This document shows, one piece after another, positions 27,279 through 37,782 of a stretch of 64,000 nt of DNA. Each line of letters starts with the position of its first letter. Position 1 is the first letter of the stretch. A model generated the notes under the pieces. The model worked only from the letters and a program-made list of their open reading frames with translations, was not told where the DNA came from and ran no database searches. Source of the DNA: an uncultured Candidatus Saccharibacteria bacterium (GTDB taxonomy: Bacteria; Patescibacteriota; Minisyncoccia; Minisyncoccales; MHMH01); assembly GCA_964568775.1 (NCBI GenBank), contig CAZMQW010000001.1, positions 719-64,718 on the forward strand. Reading direction: 5' to 3'. A program made the position numbers and the translations under genes.

Positions 27279-27646
27279 ATTAGTTCTTCAGCCAAGGCGG
27301 CTATTTTATCAAAACCTTTTTCTTTTATCTCTTTGGCTACCGGACCGAAAATACGGCCGCCCTTGGGCTCTTTGGTCTTAGCATCCAGGATAACGCAGGC
27401 GTTATCATCAAACCGAATGTAAGAGCCGTCGCTCCGGCGAAGAGCCTTTTTCTGCCTGACAATCACGGCCCTGGTTTTTTCATGCTTCTTGACGATCTTT
27501 CTCGGTTCAGCTTTTTTCACCGTGCCGATGATGACGTCGCCAATCTGAGCATAGCGGTGGCGAGTTCCACCCAAAATCTGAAAACACTGCAGAATTTTTG
27601 CGCCAGTGTTGTCAGCTACTTTTAATTTGGTTTGATTTTGAATCAT
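27275..27646 (-). CDS. rplN: 50S ribosomal protein L14
   Basis: MIQNQTKLKVADNTGAK.. Confidence 0.95.
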   Translation of the reverse strand: MIQNQTKLKVADNTGAKILQCFQILGGTRHRYAQIGDVIIGTVKKAEPRKIVKKHEKTRAVIVRQKKALRRSDGSYIRFDDNACVILDAKTKEPKGGRIFGPVAKEIKEKGFDKIAALAEELI

Positions 27647-27876
27647 ATTTTTTTAATTACCTGCCATTTCTTACGTTTGGAAATCGGCCGGCACTCTTCA
27701 ATGACCACTTTGTCGCCAACCGCATAATCGCCGCTGGCAACGTGGGCTTGGTATTTTTTGTGAACCTTGTATCTTTTTTTATATTTGGGATGTTTTTTTA
27801 TCCTTTCCACCTTGACGACCGCGGTTTGGGGCGTCTTGGTTGAAACGATAAAGCCGGTTAGTTGTTTTTTAGGCAT
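27643..27876 (-). CDS. rpsQ: 30S ribosomal protein S17
   Basis: 77 aa with ..VVKVERIKKHPKYKKRY.. Confidence 0.9.
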   Translation of the reverse strand: MPKKQLTGFIVSTKTPQTAVVKVERIKKHPKYKKRYKVHKKYQAHVASGDYAVGDKVVIEECRPISKRKKWQVIKKI

Positions 27877-28054
27877 GTTGTTTTAATAAGGTTAAAATTC
27901 TGGCAATTTCTTTTTTCAATGCCCTGATTACCCTGACGTTTTTAACTTTGCCCGAAGCCAAATCGAATTTTAAATTCCTCAAATGTTCCCGCTGGTCTGA
28001 AAGTATTTTCTGCAATTCGGCTTTGGATTTTTGCCTTAATTCTTTTATCTCCAT
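27869..28054 (-). CDS. rpmC: 50S ribosomal protein L29
   Basis: 61 aa with ELRQKSKAELQKIL..L..LKF.. Confidence 0.9.
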   Translation of the reverse strand: MEIKELRQKSKAELQKILSDQREHLRNLKFDLASGKVKNVRVIRALKKEIARILTLLKQHA

Positions 28055-28470
28055 TATTTTTGTATAAATTTAGTTTTAATCGGCAGTTTGGCAGATGCCT
28101 TCTGGAAAGCTTCTCTGGCTATTTCTTCCTTGATCCCTTCCAGTTCGAAAATAATGCGGCCGGGCTTAATGGGAAAAGCGTAATGGTCAACCGACCCCTT
28201 TCCCCCGCCCATCGGCACCTCGGTCCCTTTTTGTGTTACGGGCTTGTCGGGAAAAATCCTGATCCAAAGCTTGCCACCTTTCTTCAAATACCTAATGACT
28301 GCTCGCCGGGCAGCTTCAATCTGACGGGCGCTCAGCCATTTGGATTCCATGGCTTTTAACCCAAAGCTGCCAAAACTCAATTCCGAGCCTCTTATTGAAA
28401 CGCCCAAGCCCCTTCGGCGGCCCTTGTGCCATTTACGGTGTTTTACTTTTTTCGGCATTAAAATTGACAT
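28054..28470 (-). CDS. rplP: 50S ribosomal protein L16
   Basis: ..[18 protein letters not shown].. The start may instead be the ATG at 28458. Confidence 0.9.
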   Translation of the reverse strand: MSILMPKKVKHRKWHKGRRRGLGVSIRGSELSFGSFGLKAMESKWLSARQIEAARRAVIRYLKKGGKLWIRIFPDKPVTQKGTEVPMGGGKGSVDHYAFPIKPGRIIFELEGIKEEIAREAFQKASAKLPIKTKFIQK

Positions 28471-28475
28471 AAGCT

Positions 28476-29123
28476 TTATTCAAATTTTTCTCCTTTATAA
28501 ATCCAGACTTTAACCCCGATGACGCCGTAAGAACAGAAAGCTTCTGCCTGATGGTAATCAATCACCGAACGAATCGTTTGACGGGGCAAACGGCCCTTTT
28601 TAAGCCATTCTCTCCTGGCTATTTCCGAACCACCCAAGCGGCCGGAAACCTCAATCCTGGCTCCCTGAACTTCCTTGCTGGCCATGATTTTTTCCAAAGA
28701 TTGTTTGATGACCCGGCGATGCGGCATTCTCCTTTCCAGCTGTTGGGCGACCCATTGAGCCGCCAGAGAAGCAGAAGCCCAAACGTTCTTCACCTCCCTA
28801 ATTTCAATCCTTAATTCTCTTTTTTCGTCTTTTCTAACGGGCAGAATCCTTTCTATTTCTTTTTTCAGGTCTTCGGCTCCTTTGCCACCTCTTCCTATAA
28901 TCAAACCCGGCCGGGCGCTGTTGATAATTAAATTAACCTTGCCCGTAGATCTTTCAATCTCAACCTTCTCAACCGCGCAATCCTTTAGTTTTTTCTCCAA
29001 AAATTCCCTAATCCTAAAATCTTCTTCCAAATACTGGGAAGTTTTCTTTTTGTCCAGCCAGCGGGAATCCCAATCCTGCGAATTTCTCAAGCGAAATGAT
29101 TTAGGATGAACTTTGTGGGACAT
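28476..29123 (-). CDS. rpsC: 30S ribosomal protein S3
   Basis: [22 protein letters not shown].. Confidence 0.95.
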   Translation of the reverse strand: MSHKVHPKSFRLRNSQDWDSRWLDKKKTSQYLEEDFRIREFLEKKLKDCAVEKVEIERSTGKVNLIINSARPGLIIGRGGKGAEDLKKEIERILPVRKDEKRELRIEIREVKNVWASASLAAQWVAQQLERRMPHRRVIKQSLEKIMASKEVQGARIEVSGRLGGSEIARREWLKKGRLPRQTIRSVIDYHQAEAFCSYGVIGVKVWIYKGEKFE

Positions 29124-29499
29124 GTTTTTTAATTACTTTAACTTTTTTCGCTGTTTTTTTCTTGGTTTTAACTTCGTCCAGGACCAAATTAATGTGGGAG
29201 GTTTTTTTCTGGATCTCATAAGCCTGTCCTCTGGCTCGCGGCCGGAATCTTTTGTATTTTGGTCCTTCATTCACTTCGATTTTTGAAATGTAAAAATCGG
29301 CTTCGGCCAGTTTGGGATTGTTCTTGGCGTTGGCTGCGGCCGAATTCAAAAGTTTCAGTAAGGGCGGGGCTCCTTTCTTAACGGTAAAACGCAGGATGTT
29401 GCGAGCTTCCTCGATTGATTTTCCCCGGATAGCATCGGCCACCAGTCTGACTTTGCGGGGTGCGATTCTTAAATATTGTAATTTGGCTGTAACAGTCAT
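29101..29499 (-). CDS. rplV: 50S ribosomal protein L22
   Basis: MTVTAKLQYLRIAPRKVRLVADAIRG.. I chose the ATG at 29499. The track ORF extends upstream into rpsS. Confidence 0.9.
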   Translation of the reverse strand: MTVTAKLQYLRIAPRKVRLVADAIRGKSIEEARNILRFTVKKGAPPLLKLLNSAAANAKNNPKLAEADFYISKIEVNEGPKYKRFRPRARGQAYEIQKKTSHINLVLDEVKTKKKTAKKVKVIKKHVPQSSS

Positions 29500-29503
29500 A
29501 AAA

Positions 29504-29839
29504 TTATTTCGGTTTTTCTTCTTTGGCCGCTTCCACTTTGGCCGCTTCTTTCTCGGTTGCTTGCGTTTCCAACTCTCTCTGCATGCGGCCGCCGTGTCGG
29601 CCGAATTTGGTGGTCGGAGCGAATTCGCCCAAGCGATGGCCGACCATGTCTTCGGAAACATAAACCGGCACATGCTCCCGGCCATTATGCACGCCAAAGG
29701 TGAAACCGACCATTTCCGGCGTTATGGTGCAAGATCGGCACCAGGTTTTAACAATGGTTTTGCTGCCTTGTTTTATATCTTTCAGCTTTTTCAATAATTT
29801 CTCGTCGATATAGGGACCTTTTTTTAAACTTCTTGACAT
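29504..29839 (-). CDS. rpsS: 30S ribosomal protein S19 (charged C-terminal extension)
   Basis: [19 protein letters not shown].. Confidence 0.95.
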   Translation of the reverse strand: MSRSLKKGPYIDEKLLKKLKDIKQGSKTIVKTWCRSCTITPEMVGFTFGVHNGREHVPVYVSEDMVGHRLGEFAPTTKFGRHGGRMQRELETQATEKEAAKVEAAKEEKPK

Positions 29840-29841
29840 GG

Positions 29842-30642
29842 TTATTCTTTACGTCTTCTTTGAATAATATATTTATCCGTCCATCTTCTTTTTCTGGTTT
29901 TAACCCCTAAAGCCGGTTTGCCCCAGGGAGTTTTTGGATGCTTTAAACCGATCGGCGCTTTGCCTTCCCCTCCGCCGTGGGGATGGTCGGCCGGAATCAT
30001 GGCCGAGCCTCTGACTGTCGGCCGGCGGCCCTGATGGCGCGATCTGCCCGCCTTGCCTATCTTCATATAAATATGTTCCGGCCGGGAAAGCATGCCACAA
30101 GTGGCAAAACATTCCTGGGGTATTTGCCTGACTTCGGTAGAAGGCATTTCAATCTGGGCGTATTTGCCTTCATGAGCCAGAACACTGGCAGCTGCCCCCG
30201 CTCCTCTGGCTAGCTTACCTCCTTGACCCGGTATAATTTCAATATTGTAAACCGTGGTGCCGACAGGTATGTTTTTCAATTTCAGTCGGTTACCAGGCTT
30301 TAAGTCGGCTTTATCCTGACAGATGACGCTGTCGCCGATTTTCAAGTTTTGAGGCGCCAAGCGGTAGCGCTTCTCGCCGTCTTCGTACTCCAAAAGCATG
30401 ATAAAGGCGGAACGATAAGGATCGTATTCTAAAGAAGCAACCTTGGCTTTAATATTAATTTTTTCCTGGCCAAAATCAACCATGCGATAAAGTTTTTTCT
30501 CGCCCCCGCCCTGGTGTCTGACAGTAATGCGGCCGGTGCGGCCTCTGCCTGCTTTCTGCTGCAACCTTAAAAGCAAGCTCTTTTCCGGCTTTTTCTTGGT
30601 CAACATCTTAAAGTCTTCTTTTGTCGCGTTTTTCTTCAACAT
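29842..30642 (-). CDS. rplB: 50S ribosomal protein L2
   Basis: ..[21 protein letters not shown].. HPHGGGEGK.. Confidence 0.95.
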   Translation of the reverse strand: MLKKNATKEDFKMLTKKKPEKSLLLRLQQKAGRGRTGRITVRHQGGGEKKLYRMVDFGQEKINIKAKVASLEYDPYRSAFIMLLEYEDGEKRYRLAPQNLKIGDSVICQDKADLKPGNRLKLKNIPVGTTVYNIEIIPGQGGKLARGAGAAASVLAHEGKYAQIEMPSTEVRQIPQECFATCGMLSRPEHIYMKIGKAGRSRHQGRRPTVRGSAMIPADHPHGGGEGKAPIGLKHPKTPWGKPALGVKTRKRRWTDKYIIQRRRKE

Positions 30643-30644
30643 AA

Positions 30645-31058
30645 TTATCTTGGCAATAATTCTATCTTCTGGCCCTCTTTTACCCTAACAACTGCTTTTT
30701 TGTAAGCTTTGCGCCAACCTTCTGTCCGGCCCAATCTTCGCTGCTTGGGAGGCACTTGGATCACCTGAACCTTAACAACATCCACCCCGTAAAGATCTTC
30801 AATGGTTTTTCTGATGTCTTTCTTGTTAGCGTCGGCAAAAACCTTAAAAACGTACTGGTTGTTTTTCGTCAAATCGGTTGCCTTTTCGGTTATCTGCGGC
30901 GTTTTCAAAACCCGGTAAGCGATAAACGGTGTTTTCTTGGGTTTGGGCGCTGCTTTAACCGGCTTCTTTTCGACCGGGGCGGTTTTCTCAACCTCTTTCT
31001 TGACTGCTTTCTTTATTTTATCTTTTTTCTTTTTTTTAAAAAAATTAAACAAAGCCAT
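30645..31058 (-). CDS. rplW: 50S ribosomal protein L23 (K-rich N-terminal extension)
   Basis: ..LKTPQITEKATDL.. with about 45 aa of basic extension. Confidence 0.9.
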   Translation of the reverse strand: MALFNFFKKKKKDKIKKAVKKEVEKTAPVEKKPVKAAPKPKKTPFIAYRVLKTPQITEKATDLTKNNQYVFKVFADANKKDIRKTIEDLYGVDVVKVQVIQVPPKQRRLGRTEGWRKAYKKAVVRVKEGQKIELLPR

Positions 31059-31060
31059 GA

Positions 31061-31690
31061 TTATTTCAAAAATGTTTCCTTAATTACTTTGACAGCGGTC
31101 TTAGGCATAATCAAATATTTAAAATTGAGCAAGTCCAAGGCGTTTAAATCTTTGGCCTGGATTGTTTCTGCCTGGGCAAGATTTTTAGCCGCCCTGATAA
31201 TATTTTTATCCATCCCCGGCAAAACAATCAGGGAACTTTGTTCTTTGCAGGGCAACTTTTTTAAAATTCCGGTCATCAGCTTTGTTTTCGGTTTTTCAAT
31301 TTTCAAATTATCAAGCAAAACCAATAATTTGTTTTTGGCCTTGGCTGATAAAACCATTAACAGGGCTTTCCTTTTTATTTTCTGGTTGATTTTCTTTTTA
31401 AAAATCCTTTGGTTGGTCGGCCCGAAAGTAACTCCGCCTCCCTTCCATAAAGGCGAACGGCGCGAACCGTGGCGGGCTCTGCCCGTGCCTTTCTGGCGCC
31501 AGGGCTTTCTGCCCCCGCCCCTGACCTCAGCCCGGCTTTTGCTGTGAGCTGAAGCTTGCCGACGGTTAGCCGTCTGGGAAACCGCCACCTGATGAATTAA
31601 ATCAGGGTTTACCTCAACGTCAAAAATCTCCTTGGGCAAAAGGGACTGGCTGATTATTTTGCCTTGTTGGTCATAAACATTAACTTTCAT
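31061..31690 (-). CDS. rplD: 50S ribosomal protein L4
   Basis: ..RGGGRKPWRQKGTGRARHGSRRSPLWKGGG.. Confidence 0.95.
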   Translation of the reverse strand: MKVNVYDQQGKIISQSLLPKEIFDVEVNPDLIHQVAVSQTANRRQASAHSKSRAEVRGGGRKPWRQKGTGRARHGSRRSPLWKGGGVTFGPTNQRIFKKKINQKIKRKALLMVLSAKAKNKLLVLLDNLKIEKPKTKLMTGILKKLPCKEQSSLIVLPGMDKNIIRAAKNLAQAETIQAKDLNALDLLNFKYLIMPKTAVKVIKETFLK

Positions 31691-32270
31691 AAATCTCCAG
31701 CAACGTGCCTTTGGGGCCAGGTACCGCTCCCTTGACCGCCAACAAATTATTTTCTTTGTCGACTTTTATTATTTCTAAATTTTTCACCGTCACCCTTTCC
31801 GAACCCATTCTGCCCGGCATCTTCTTGCCCTTGATAACTCTTTGGGGGCCGGTGGTGCCGACTGATCCCAAAGTGCGATGTTCGTGCTTGACTCCATGAG
31901 TGGCATTTCTCCCCGAAAATCCCCATCTTTTGACAGCGCCCTGAAAACCTTTACCCTTGGAAATACCTGAAACTTTGACCGTATCCCCTGCTTGAAAAAC
32001 TGAAGCGTCTATTTTCTCGCCCGCTTTATAGTCGTTACCCGGGAACTCTCGCAGAAAACGGAAAGGTTTTTTCTGCATTGGCTTTTTTATCTTTTTCTTT
32101 TTCTCAATATTCCCGAAACCAAGCTGGACGGCTACGTAGCCGTCTTTCTCTTTTGTCTTAATCTGAGTTACCTGGCATGGTCCAGCCTCAATCAAAGTGA
32201 CCGGAACCATCTTCCCTTTCTCGCCAAACACCTGCAGCATGCCTAATTTTATTCCTAAAATGAATTTCAT
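31680..32270 (-). CDS. rplC: 50S ribosomal protein L3
   Basis: ..GISKGKGFQGAVKRWGF.. Confidence 0.95.
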   Translation of the reverse strand: MKFILGIKLGMLQVFGEKGKMVPVTLIEAGPCQVTQIKTKEKDGYVAVQLGFGNIEKKKKIKKPMQKKPFRFLREFPGNDYKAGEKIDASVFQAGDTVKVSGISKGKGFQGAVKRWGFSGRNATHGVKHEHRTLGSVGTTGPQRVIKGKKMPGRMGSERVTVKNLEIIKVDKENNLLAVKGAVPGPKGTLLEIYES

Positions 32271-32285
32271 ATTTTCATCTCAATG

Positions 32286-32306
32286 AAAAACTGGGCCATT
32301 GCCCAG
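32286..32306 (-). promoter_or_regulatory. terminator-like hairpin in the rplC leader (possible attenuator)
   Basis: Minus strand CUGGGC-AAUG-GCCCAG followed by UUUUUC. The U-tract ends 15 nt upstream of the rplC ATG. Confidence 0.4.
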
Positions 32307-32493
32307 CTGTCCAAGGCAATTTAACTAATGTTTTTTTAGGAAAATAAAAACATGTTGTTGAACCTTATTATATAATAAACCTAACATTATCCGTAAAATC
32401 TGTCAATTCCCCGTTTTATATTGTCCTATCTTCTATTCTAACAAAAAACTGTCTGTTTAGCGATAAGTTGATAAAAGTTTATTCTAGGAATTG

Positions 32494-32524
32494 AAATAAA
32501 AAACCCTCTATATTGCCTAGAGGG
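32494..32524 (-). terminator. rho-independent terminator after the 105-aa ORF
   Basis: Minus strand CCCUCUA-GGCAAUA-UAGAGGG followed by UUUUUUAUUU. Confidence 0.6.
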
Positions 32525-32548
32525 TTTAGCGGCAGAAGAGCCATTTTT

Positions 32549-32866
32549 TTATTGATAAGATGGGAGAATTCTGAACACGAAAAATATTCTCGTGGCAGTT
32601 GGAGATGTTGTTTCATTATCGTCTTGCGTATAATCTATCTTGACTTCCCAGCCCGCACGCCGATATCTTTCTCTCAATGTGCGTTTAACAAGGTCTGTGA
32701 GGCGAAGATCGTCAAACGAACCGATATCAATTCTCGCGTGGCCATTGCGCTTAAGAACCTTCATCTTTTTTTTAAGGTGCTGGTCAATCTTTTTCTCCAG
32801 GTCTTTTACGGTTTTCCGCTCTTCGTCGCTAAGAAGCTTAATCACCCGTTTAGCTTTAACGACCAT
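32549..32866 (-). CDS. hypothetical basic protein inserted between rpsJ and rplC
   Basis: 105 aa with its own promoter, a perfect SD (AAGGAGG 4 nt from the ATG) and its own terminator. Confidence 0.65.
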   Translation of the reverse strand: MVVKAKRVIKLLSDEERKTVKDLEKKIDQHLKKKMKVLKRNGHARIDIGSFDDLRLTDLVKRTLRERYRRAGWEVKIDYTQDDNETTSPTATRIFFVFRILPSYQ

Positions 32867-32901
32867 CTTTCCTCCTTAACGCTGCAAAGTTTTCTCTCTA
32901 A

Positions 32902-32930
32902 CCATATTCTATCCTTGATGCATTGTCAAG
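32902..32930 (-). promoter_or_regulatory. promoter of the 105-aa ORF
   Basis: Minus strand TTGACA-N17-TATGGT. Confidence 0.5.
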
Positions 32931-32945
32931 GAAATCATTAGGAAA

Positions 32946-32972
32946 CGAAAAACCGCCTCACGGCGGTTTTTC
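32946..32972. terminator. bidirectional hairpin terminator directly after rpsJ
   Basis: ACCGCC-(4 nt)-GGCGGT, flanked by an A-run and a T-run. On the minus strand it is followed by UUUUUC. Confidence 0.6.
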
Positions 32973-32977
32973 TAACA

Positions 32978-33319
32978 TTACATTTTGATTTCTATATCCA
33001 CGCCAGCCGGCAAGGTCAAACTAGTCAGGGCGTCAATCACTCTTGAGTTGGGAGTCAGGATGTCAATCAGTCTTTTGTGGACCCTCATTTCAAACTGCTC
33101 TCTGGCGTCCTTGTGCACGAAGCTGGAACGATTAACCGTGTACTTGCGGATTTCGGTGGGCAAGGGCACGGGACCGGAAACCTCGGACCCATAGCGCAAA
33201 GCCGTCTCAACGATCTGTCGAGCGCTATTGTCAATCACCTTATGGTCATAAGCGCGGAGCTTAATTCTAATCTTGGGCTTAACGGCTCCGCTGGCTTCGG
33301 CTGTCTTTTTCTTGGGCAT
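32978..33319 (-). CDS. rpsJ: 30S ribosomal protein S10
   Basis: ..[24 protein letters not shown].. Confidence 0.95.
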   Translation of the reverse strand: MPKKKTAEASGAVKPKIRIKLRAYDHKVIDNSARQIVETALRYGSEVSGPVPLPTEIRKYTVNRSSFVHKDAREQFEMRVHKRLIDILTPNSRVIDALTSLTLPAGVDIEIKM

Positions 33320-34518
33320 TATTTAATTATTTTGGTAACAACACCTGCCCCAACTGTTTTGCCGCCTTCCCGAATGGCGAATCTTTGCTGCTCTTCCAGA
33401 GCCACGGGCGCGATCAGTTTGACTTTCAAATTAACCGTGTCGCCGGGCATAACCATTTCAGTGCCTTCGGGCAAAGTAACATCGCCGGTCACATCGGTAG
33501 TCCTGATGTAAAACTGGGGCTTGTAACCCGGGAAGAAAGGAGTATGACGTCCGCCTTCTTCCTTGGTTAAAACGTAAATCTCGCCTTCAAATTCAGTATG
33601 AGGAGTAATTGAACCTGGCTTAGCCAAAACCTGCCCCCTTTCCACTTCTTCCTTTTTCAACCCTCTCATCAGTATACCGACATTGTCGCCAGCCTGTCCT
33701 TCATCCAACAGCTTGTTGAACATTTCAATACTGACCGCAATGGTTTTAGTGGTTGGTTTAATACCGACCAGTTCCACTTCTTCGTTCGGCTTAACGGCTC
33801 CTCTTTCAATTCTGCCCGTAGCGACCGTACCTCTTCCGGCAATTGAGAAAACGTCTTCAATCGCCATTAAAAACGGCTTATCGGTTTCGCGGGTCGGTTC
33901 GGGGATTGATTCGTCTAAAGCCTTGACCAAATCCAAAATTGGTTTGGCTGCTTCGTCATCAGCTGACTTGGCGTCCAGAGCTTTCAAAGCTGAACCGCGG
34001 ATAATGGGAATCTTGTCGCCGGGAAACTTGTATTTGTTCAAAAGTTCCCTGACTTCCGACTCAACCAGGTCAATGATTTCTGGATCGTCCACCGCGTCGC
34101 ATTTGTTCAAAAAGACAACGATGGAAGGCAGTCCTACCTGTCGCGCCAAAAGAATATGCTCTCTGGTTTGTGGCATAGGACCGTCGGGAGCGGAAACCAC
34201 TAAAATGGCGCCGTCCATCTGCGCGGCCCCGGTAATCATGTTTTTGATGTAGTCAGCGTGACCGGGACAGTCAATGTGGGCATAGTGCCTTTTATCGGTT
34301 TCGTATTCCAGGTGCGAGACCGCAATAGTCAAACCACGAGCCTTTTCTTCGGGAGCAGAGTCAATCTGATCCACGGATTTTTCTGACGCCTTAAAGCCCT
34401 TCAACTTTAAAATGTGAAGGATAGCGGCGGTTAAGGTTGTTTTACCGTGGTCAACGTGACCGATGGTACCAACGTTAACATGGGGTTTTCCCCTGACAAA
34501 CTTTTCTTTTTCTGCCAT
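33319..34518 (-). CDS. tuf: elongation factor Tu
   Basis: 399 aa with [18 protein letters not shown] and NKCD. Confidence 0.97.
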   Translation of the reverse strand: MAEKEKFVRGKPHVNVGTIGHVDHGKTTLTAAILHILKLKGFKASEKSVDQIDSAPEEKARGLTIAVSHLEYETDKRHYAHIDCPGHADYIKNMITGAAQMDGAILVVSAPDGPMPQTREHILLARQVGLPSIVVFLNKCDAVDDPEIIDLVESEVRELLNKYKFPGDKIPIIRGSALKALDAKSADDEAAKPILDLVKALDESIPEPTRETDKPFLMAIEDVFSIAGRGTVATGRIERGAVKPNEEVELVGIKPTTKTIAVSIEMFNKLLDEGQAGDNVGILMRGLKKEEVERGQVLAKPGSITPHTEFEGEIYVLTKEEGGRHTPFFPGYKPQFYIRTTDVTGDVTLPEGTEMVMPGDTVNLKVKLIAPVALEEQQRFAIREGGKTVGAGVVTKIIK

Positions 34519-34594
34519 GTTTTTTCTTAATTATTAATTGTTATTAATTATTAACTAATTATCATCTTAACGAACCAGAAAGATTTTGTCAACA

Positions 34595-34795
34595 TCAGAA
34601 AGGCAAATCCTCGATCTTCAGCTCTTCCTCGTTTGATTCCGGAGGAACTGGCTTTTCTGTTTTTTTCTCCGGTTCGGGTTTAGTTTTGGCATAATCTTCA
34701 AAAGAAGTAATAACCAAAATCGGCTTACCCTGCTCCACCACGATGATTTTTCCTCCTTCTTTTTCAATTATTTTTTTGATTTCGTCTAAATCCAT
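34595..34795 (-). CDS. small acidic-tailed protein (Phd/YefM-like N-terminal segment?)
   Basis: 66 aa from the ATG at 34795: MDLDEIKKIIEKEGGKIIVVEQGKPILVITSFEDYAK, then a PE-rich linker, ending ..EELKIEDLPF. Lies between fusA and tuf. Confidence 0.5.
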   Translation of the reverse strand: MDLDEIKKIIEKEGGKIIVVEQGKPILVITSFEDYAKTKPEPEKKTEKPVPPESNEEELKIEDLPF

Positions 34796-34796
34796 A

Positions 34797-36887
34797 TTAT
34801 TTTCTTTTGCCTTCAACAATCTCCTGGGCGATATTCTGGGGCACCTCTTCGTACTTGTCAAACTCCATAGTGAATGTACCCCTGCCTTCGGTCATTGAGC
34901 GCAGGGCAGTGGCGTAGCCGAACATCTGGGCTAAAGGCACTTTAGCGTCAATCACTTTCATATTAACCCGATCGCTGGTTTCTTCAATCTTGCCTCGCCT
35001 GGCCGACAAATCACCGATGCTGTCACCCAAAAATTCTGAAGGCACCACCACTTCCAGTTTCATAATAGGCTCAAGCAAAACGCTCTTGGCTTTTTTGCAT
35101 GCTGCCTGCAGGGCCTGGGAACCGGCAATCTTGAAAGCTACTTCGGAAGAATCAACTTCGTGATAGGAACCGTCGTACAAGGCAACAGACATGTCCACTA
35201 ATGGATAGCCAGCCACCACTCCCTTGTCCATGGCTTCTTTGACGCCTTTTCCAACCGCCGGGATAAATTCCTGGGGTATGGTGCCGCCCTTGATCTCGTT
35301 GATAAATTCAAATCCTTCTCCCCTTTCTTTGGGTTCCACTCTCAGCCAGACATGGCCGTATTGTCCACGGCCGCCCGATTGTCTGATATATTTTCCTTCG
35401 GCTTCCGCTTCCTTTTTGATTGTTTCCTTGTAAGCAACCTGGGGACGACCCACAGAAGCTTCCACTTTGAATTCTCTTTTCATGCGGTCGGCAATAATTT
35501 CCAAATGCAGCTCGCCCATGCCCGAAATAATTGTTTCGCCGGTTTCCGTATCGCCCTTAACCCGAAAAGTCGGATCTTCCTCTGATAATTTCTTCAGGGC
35601 CAAACCCATCTTTTCCTGGTCGGCTTTAGTCTTGGGTTCAATACGAATGGAAATGACCGGTTCGGGGAATATAATTTTTTCGAGTACAATAGGCCCGTCC
35701 TCGGCGCACAAAGTGTGGCCGGTTGAAGTATTTTTCAAACCGACCGTAGCCGCAATATCGCCGGTGAAAAGCTCCTGGACTTCTTCCCTCTCGGCCGCGT
35801 GCATTCTTAAAATTCTCCCGATCCTTTCCTTTTCTCCGGTAACTGAATTCAAAAGATAGGAACCCTTGGTTAATATACCGGAGTAAATGCGAAAGTAAGT
35901 CAAAGTACCAACGTAAGGGTCAGTAGCAACTTTAAAGGCTAAAGCGGAAAACATTTCTTTATCGTCAGCCTTTCTCTCAATTTCCTGACCGGTTTTGGGA
36001 TCGGTTCCCTTAACCGGCGGAAGATCAATCGGCGAGGGCAGATAATAGACAACGGCATCCAGTATTTGCTGCACTCCCTTGTTTTTCAGAGCTGAACCGC
36101 AGAAAACCGGCACCAGTTTGTAATCTAAAACCGCTTTTCTCAAAACTTTTCTTAATTCTTCAACCGATATTTCCTTGCCGGCTAAATACCGGTCAAGCAT
36201 TTTTTCATCTTCGGCCGCGATCTTTTCAATTAATTTTTCCCGCCAGCTTTTGGCTTCAACTGCCATGTCGGCGGGAATTTCTTCTTCTTTAACAATCTGG
36301 CCGAAATCGCCCTCGAACCTCAGAGCTTTCATGGTCAAAAGATCAACCACGCCCTCTAATTTATCTTCCAAGCCGATGGGAAGCTGCATAGCCACCGCAT
36401 CGGGCGTTAGTTTCTGCCAGATTGATTCCAGACTTTTTTCGAAAGAAGCGCCCAGCCTATCTAATTTATTAATAAAACAGAGGCGGGGAACTTTGAATTT
36501 ATCAGCCTGGCGCCAGACTGTTTCTGACTGCGGCTCCACGCCAGCCACCCCGTCAAAAACCACCACCGCTCCGTCTAAAACCCGCAGAGACCGCTGCACT
36601 TCGGCGGTAAAATCAATGTGGCCGGGCGTATCAATAATATTGAAACGATGCTCCTCTCCGCCTCCGGCTTTCCAAAAACAAGTGGTGGCGGCCGAAGTAA
36701 TAGTAATACCCCTTTCCCTTTCCTGGGCCATCCAGTCCATAATAGCTTTGCCTTCGTGCACCTCTCCGATCTTATGGGAAATGCCCGTGTAAAACAAAAC
36801 ACGCTCGGTCATGGTTGTTTTACCGGCATCAATATGGGCGATAATGCCAATATCTCTGACTCTTTCAATTGGATATTTTCTGGGCAT
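34797..36887 (-). CDS. fusA: elongation factor G
   Basis: [17 protein letters not shown] and NKLD. I chose the ATG at 36887 because the track start at 36899 is TTG. Confidence 0.95.
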   Translation of the reverse strand: MPRKYPIERVRDIGIIAHIDAGKTTMTERVLFYTGISHKIGEVHEGKAIMDWMAQERERGITITSAATTCFWKAGGGEEHRFNIIDTPGHIDFTAEVQRSLRVLDGAVVVFDGVAGVEPQSETVWRQADKFKVPRLCFINKLDRLGASFEKSLESIWQKLTPDAVAMQLPIGLEDKLEGVVDLLTMKALRFEGDFGQIVKEEEIPADMAVEAKSWREKLIEKIAAEDEKMLDRYLAGKEISVEELRKVLRKAVLDYKLVPVFCGSALKNKGVQQILDAVVYYLPSPIDLPPVKGTDPKTGQEIERKADDKEMFSALAFKVATDPYVGTLTYFRIYSGILTKGSYLLNSVTGEKERIGRILRMHAAEREEVQELFTGDIAATVGLKNTSTGHTLCAEDGPIVLEKIIFPEPVISIRIEPKTKADQEKMGLALKKLSEEDPTFRVKGDTETGETIISGMGELHLEIIADRMKREFKVEASVGRPQVAYKETIKKEAEAEGKYIRQSGGRGQYGHVWLRVEPKERGEGFEFINEIKGGTIPQEFIPAVGKGVKEAMDKGVVAGYPLVDMSVALYDGSYHEVDSSEVAFKIAGSQALQAACKKAKSVLLEPIMKLEVVVPSEFLGDSIGDLSARRGKIEETSDRVNMKVIDAKVPLAQMFGYATALRSMTEGRGTFTMEFDKYEEVPQNIAQEIVEGKRK

Positions 36888-36892
36888 ATAAT

Positions 36893-37360
36893 TTACCAAG
36901 CAAAATGAGCAAAGGCCCGATTGGCTTCGGCCATGCGGTGAGTATCTTCTTTCTTTTTAATGGCCGAACCTTCGTTTTTCGCTGCCATCATCAGCTCTTC
37001 GGCCAATTTTTCGGCCATCGGCCTACCTTTCTTGGAACGGGCGGCCGTAATAATCCATCTCATAGACAGGGTTATTTTTCTGTCGCCCCTGACTTCCATG
37101 GGCACCTGGTAGGTCGCTCCCCCGACTCTTTTAGGTTTAACTTCCAGCAAGGGTGAGGCATTATCCAAAGCTTTTTCAAAAACCTCAATCGGTTCTTTTT
37201 TGCTTTTTTCTTTTATAATATCAAAAGCGCGGTAAACGATTTTCCGCGCAATGTTTTTCTTGCCCCGCCTCATTATCTGGTTGATGAATTTGGCCACCAG
37301 AACATGGCGGTAAACCGAATCGGGCGATATTGCTCTTTTTGTTTTTTTACCTCGGGCCAT
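36893..37360 (-). CDS. rpsG: 30S ribosomal protein S7
   Basis: 155 aa, ending ..[15 protein letters not shown]. Confidence 0.95.
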   Translation of the reverse strand: MARGKKTKRAISPDSVYRHVLVAKFINQIMRRGKKNIARKIVYRAFDIIKEKSKKEPIEVFEKALDNASPLLEVKPKRVGGATYQVPMEVRGDRKITLSMRWIITAARSKKGRPMAEKLAEELMMAAKNEGSAIKKKEDTHRMAEANRAFAHFAW

Positions 37361-37362
37361 AA

Positions 37363-37773
37363 TTATTCTGCTCTTTTGGTGCCGTATTTACTTCTTTCCT
37401 GCTTGCGGCCTTCTACCCCGCCCGTATCCAAAACTCCCCTGACCACGTGATACCTGACCCCGGGCAGATCCTTGACTCGGCCGCCCCGGATAACCACCAC
37501 CGAGTGCTCTTGCAGGTTGTGGCCCTCGCCGGGAATGTAAGCGGTAACCTCCATGCCGTTGGTCAAGCGAACCCGGGCCACTTTTCTTAGGGCCGAGTTG
37601 GGCTTTTTGGGAGTAGCGGTGAAAACTTTCAAACAGACTCCCCTTTTAAAAGGCGACTGGTATTCTTTGGGCCGATTTTTCAAAACGTTGAAACCGAAAG
37701 TCAGGGCGGGCGTAGCGTCCTTCTTTTTTGCTTTTTTCCTTCCTTTCTTGGTCAGTTGATGGATTGTCGGCAT
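37363..37773 (-). CDS. rpsL: 30S ribosomal protein S12
   Basis: [14 protein letters not shown].. [16 protein letters not shown].. Confidence 0.95.
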   Translation of the reverse strand: MPTIHQLTKKGRKKAKKKDATPALTFGFNVLKNRPKEYQSPFKRGVCLKVFTATPKKPNSALRKVARVRLTNGMEVTAYIPGEGHNLQEHSVVVIRGGRVKDLPGVRYHVVRGVLDTGGVEGRKQERSKYGTKRAE

Positions 37774-37782
37774 AATGCTCAA

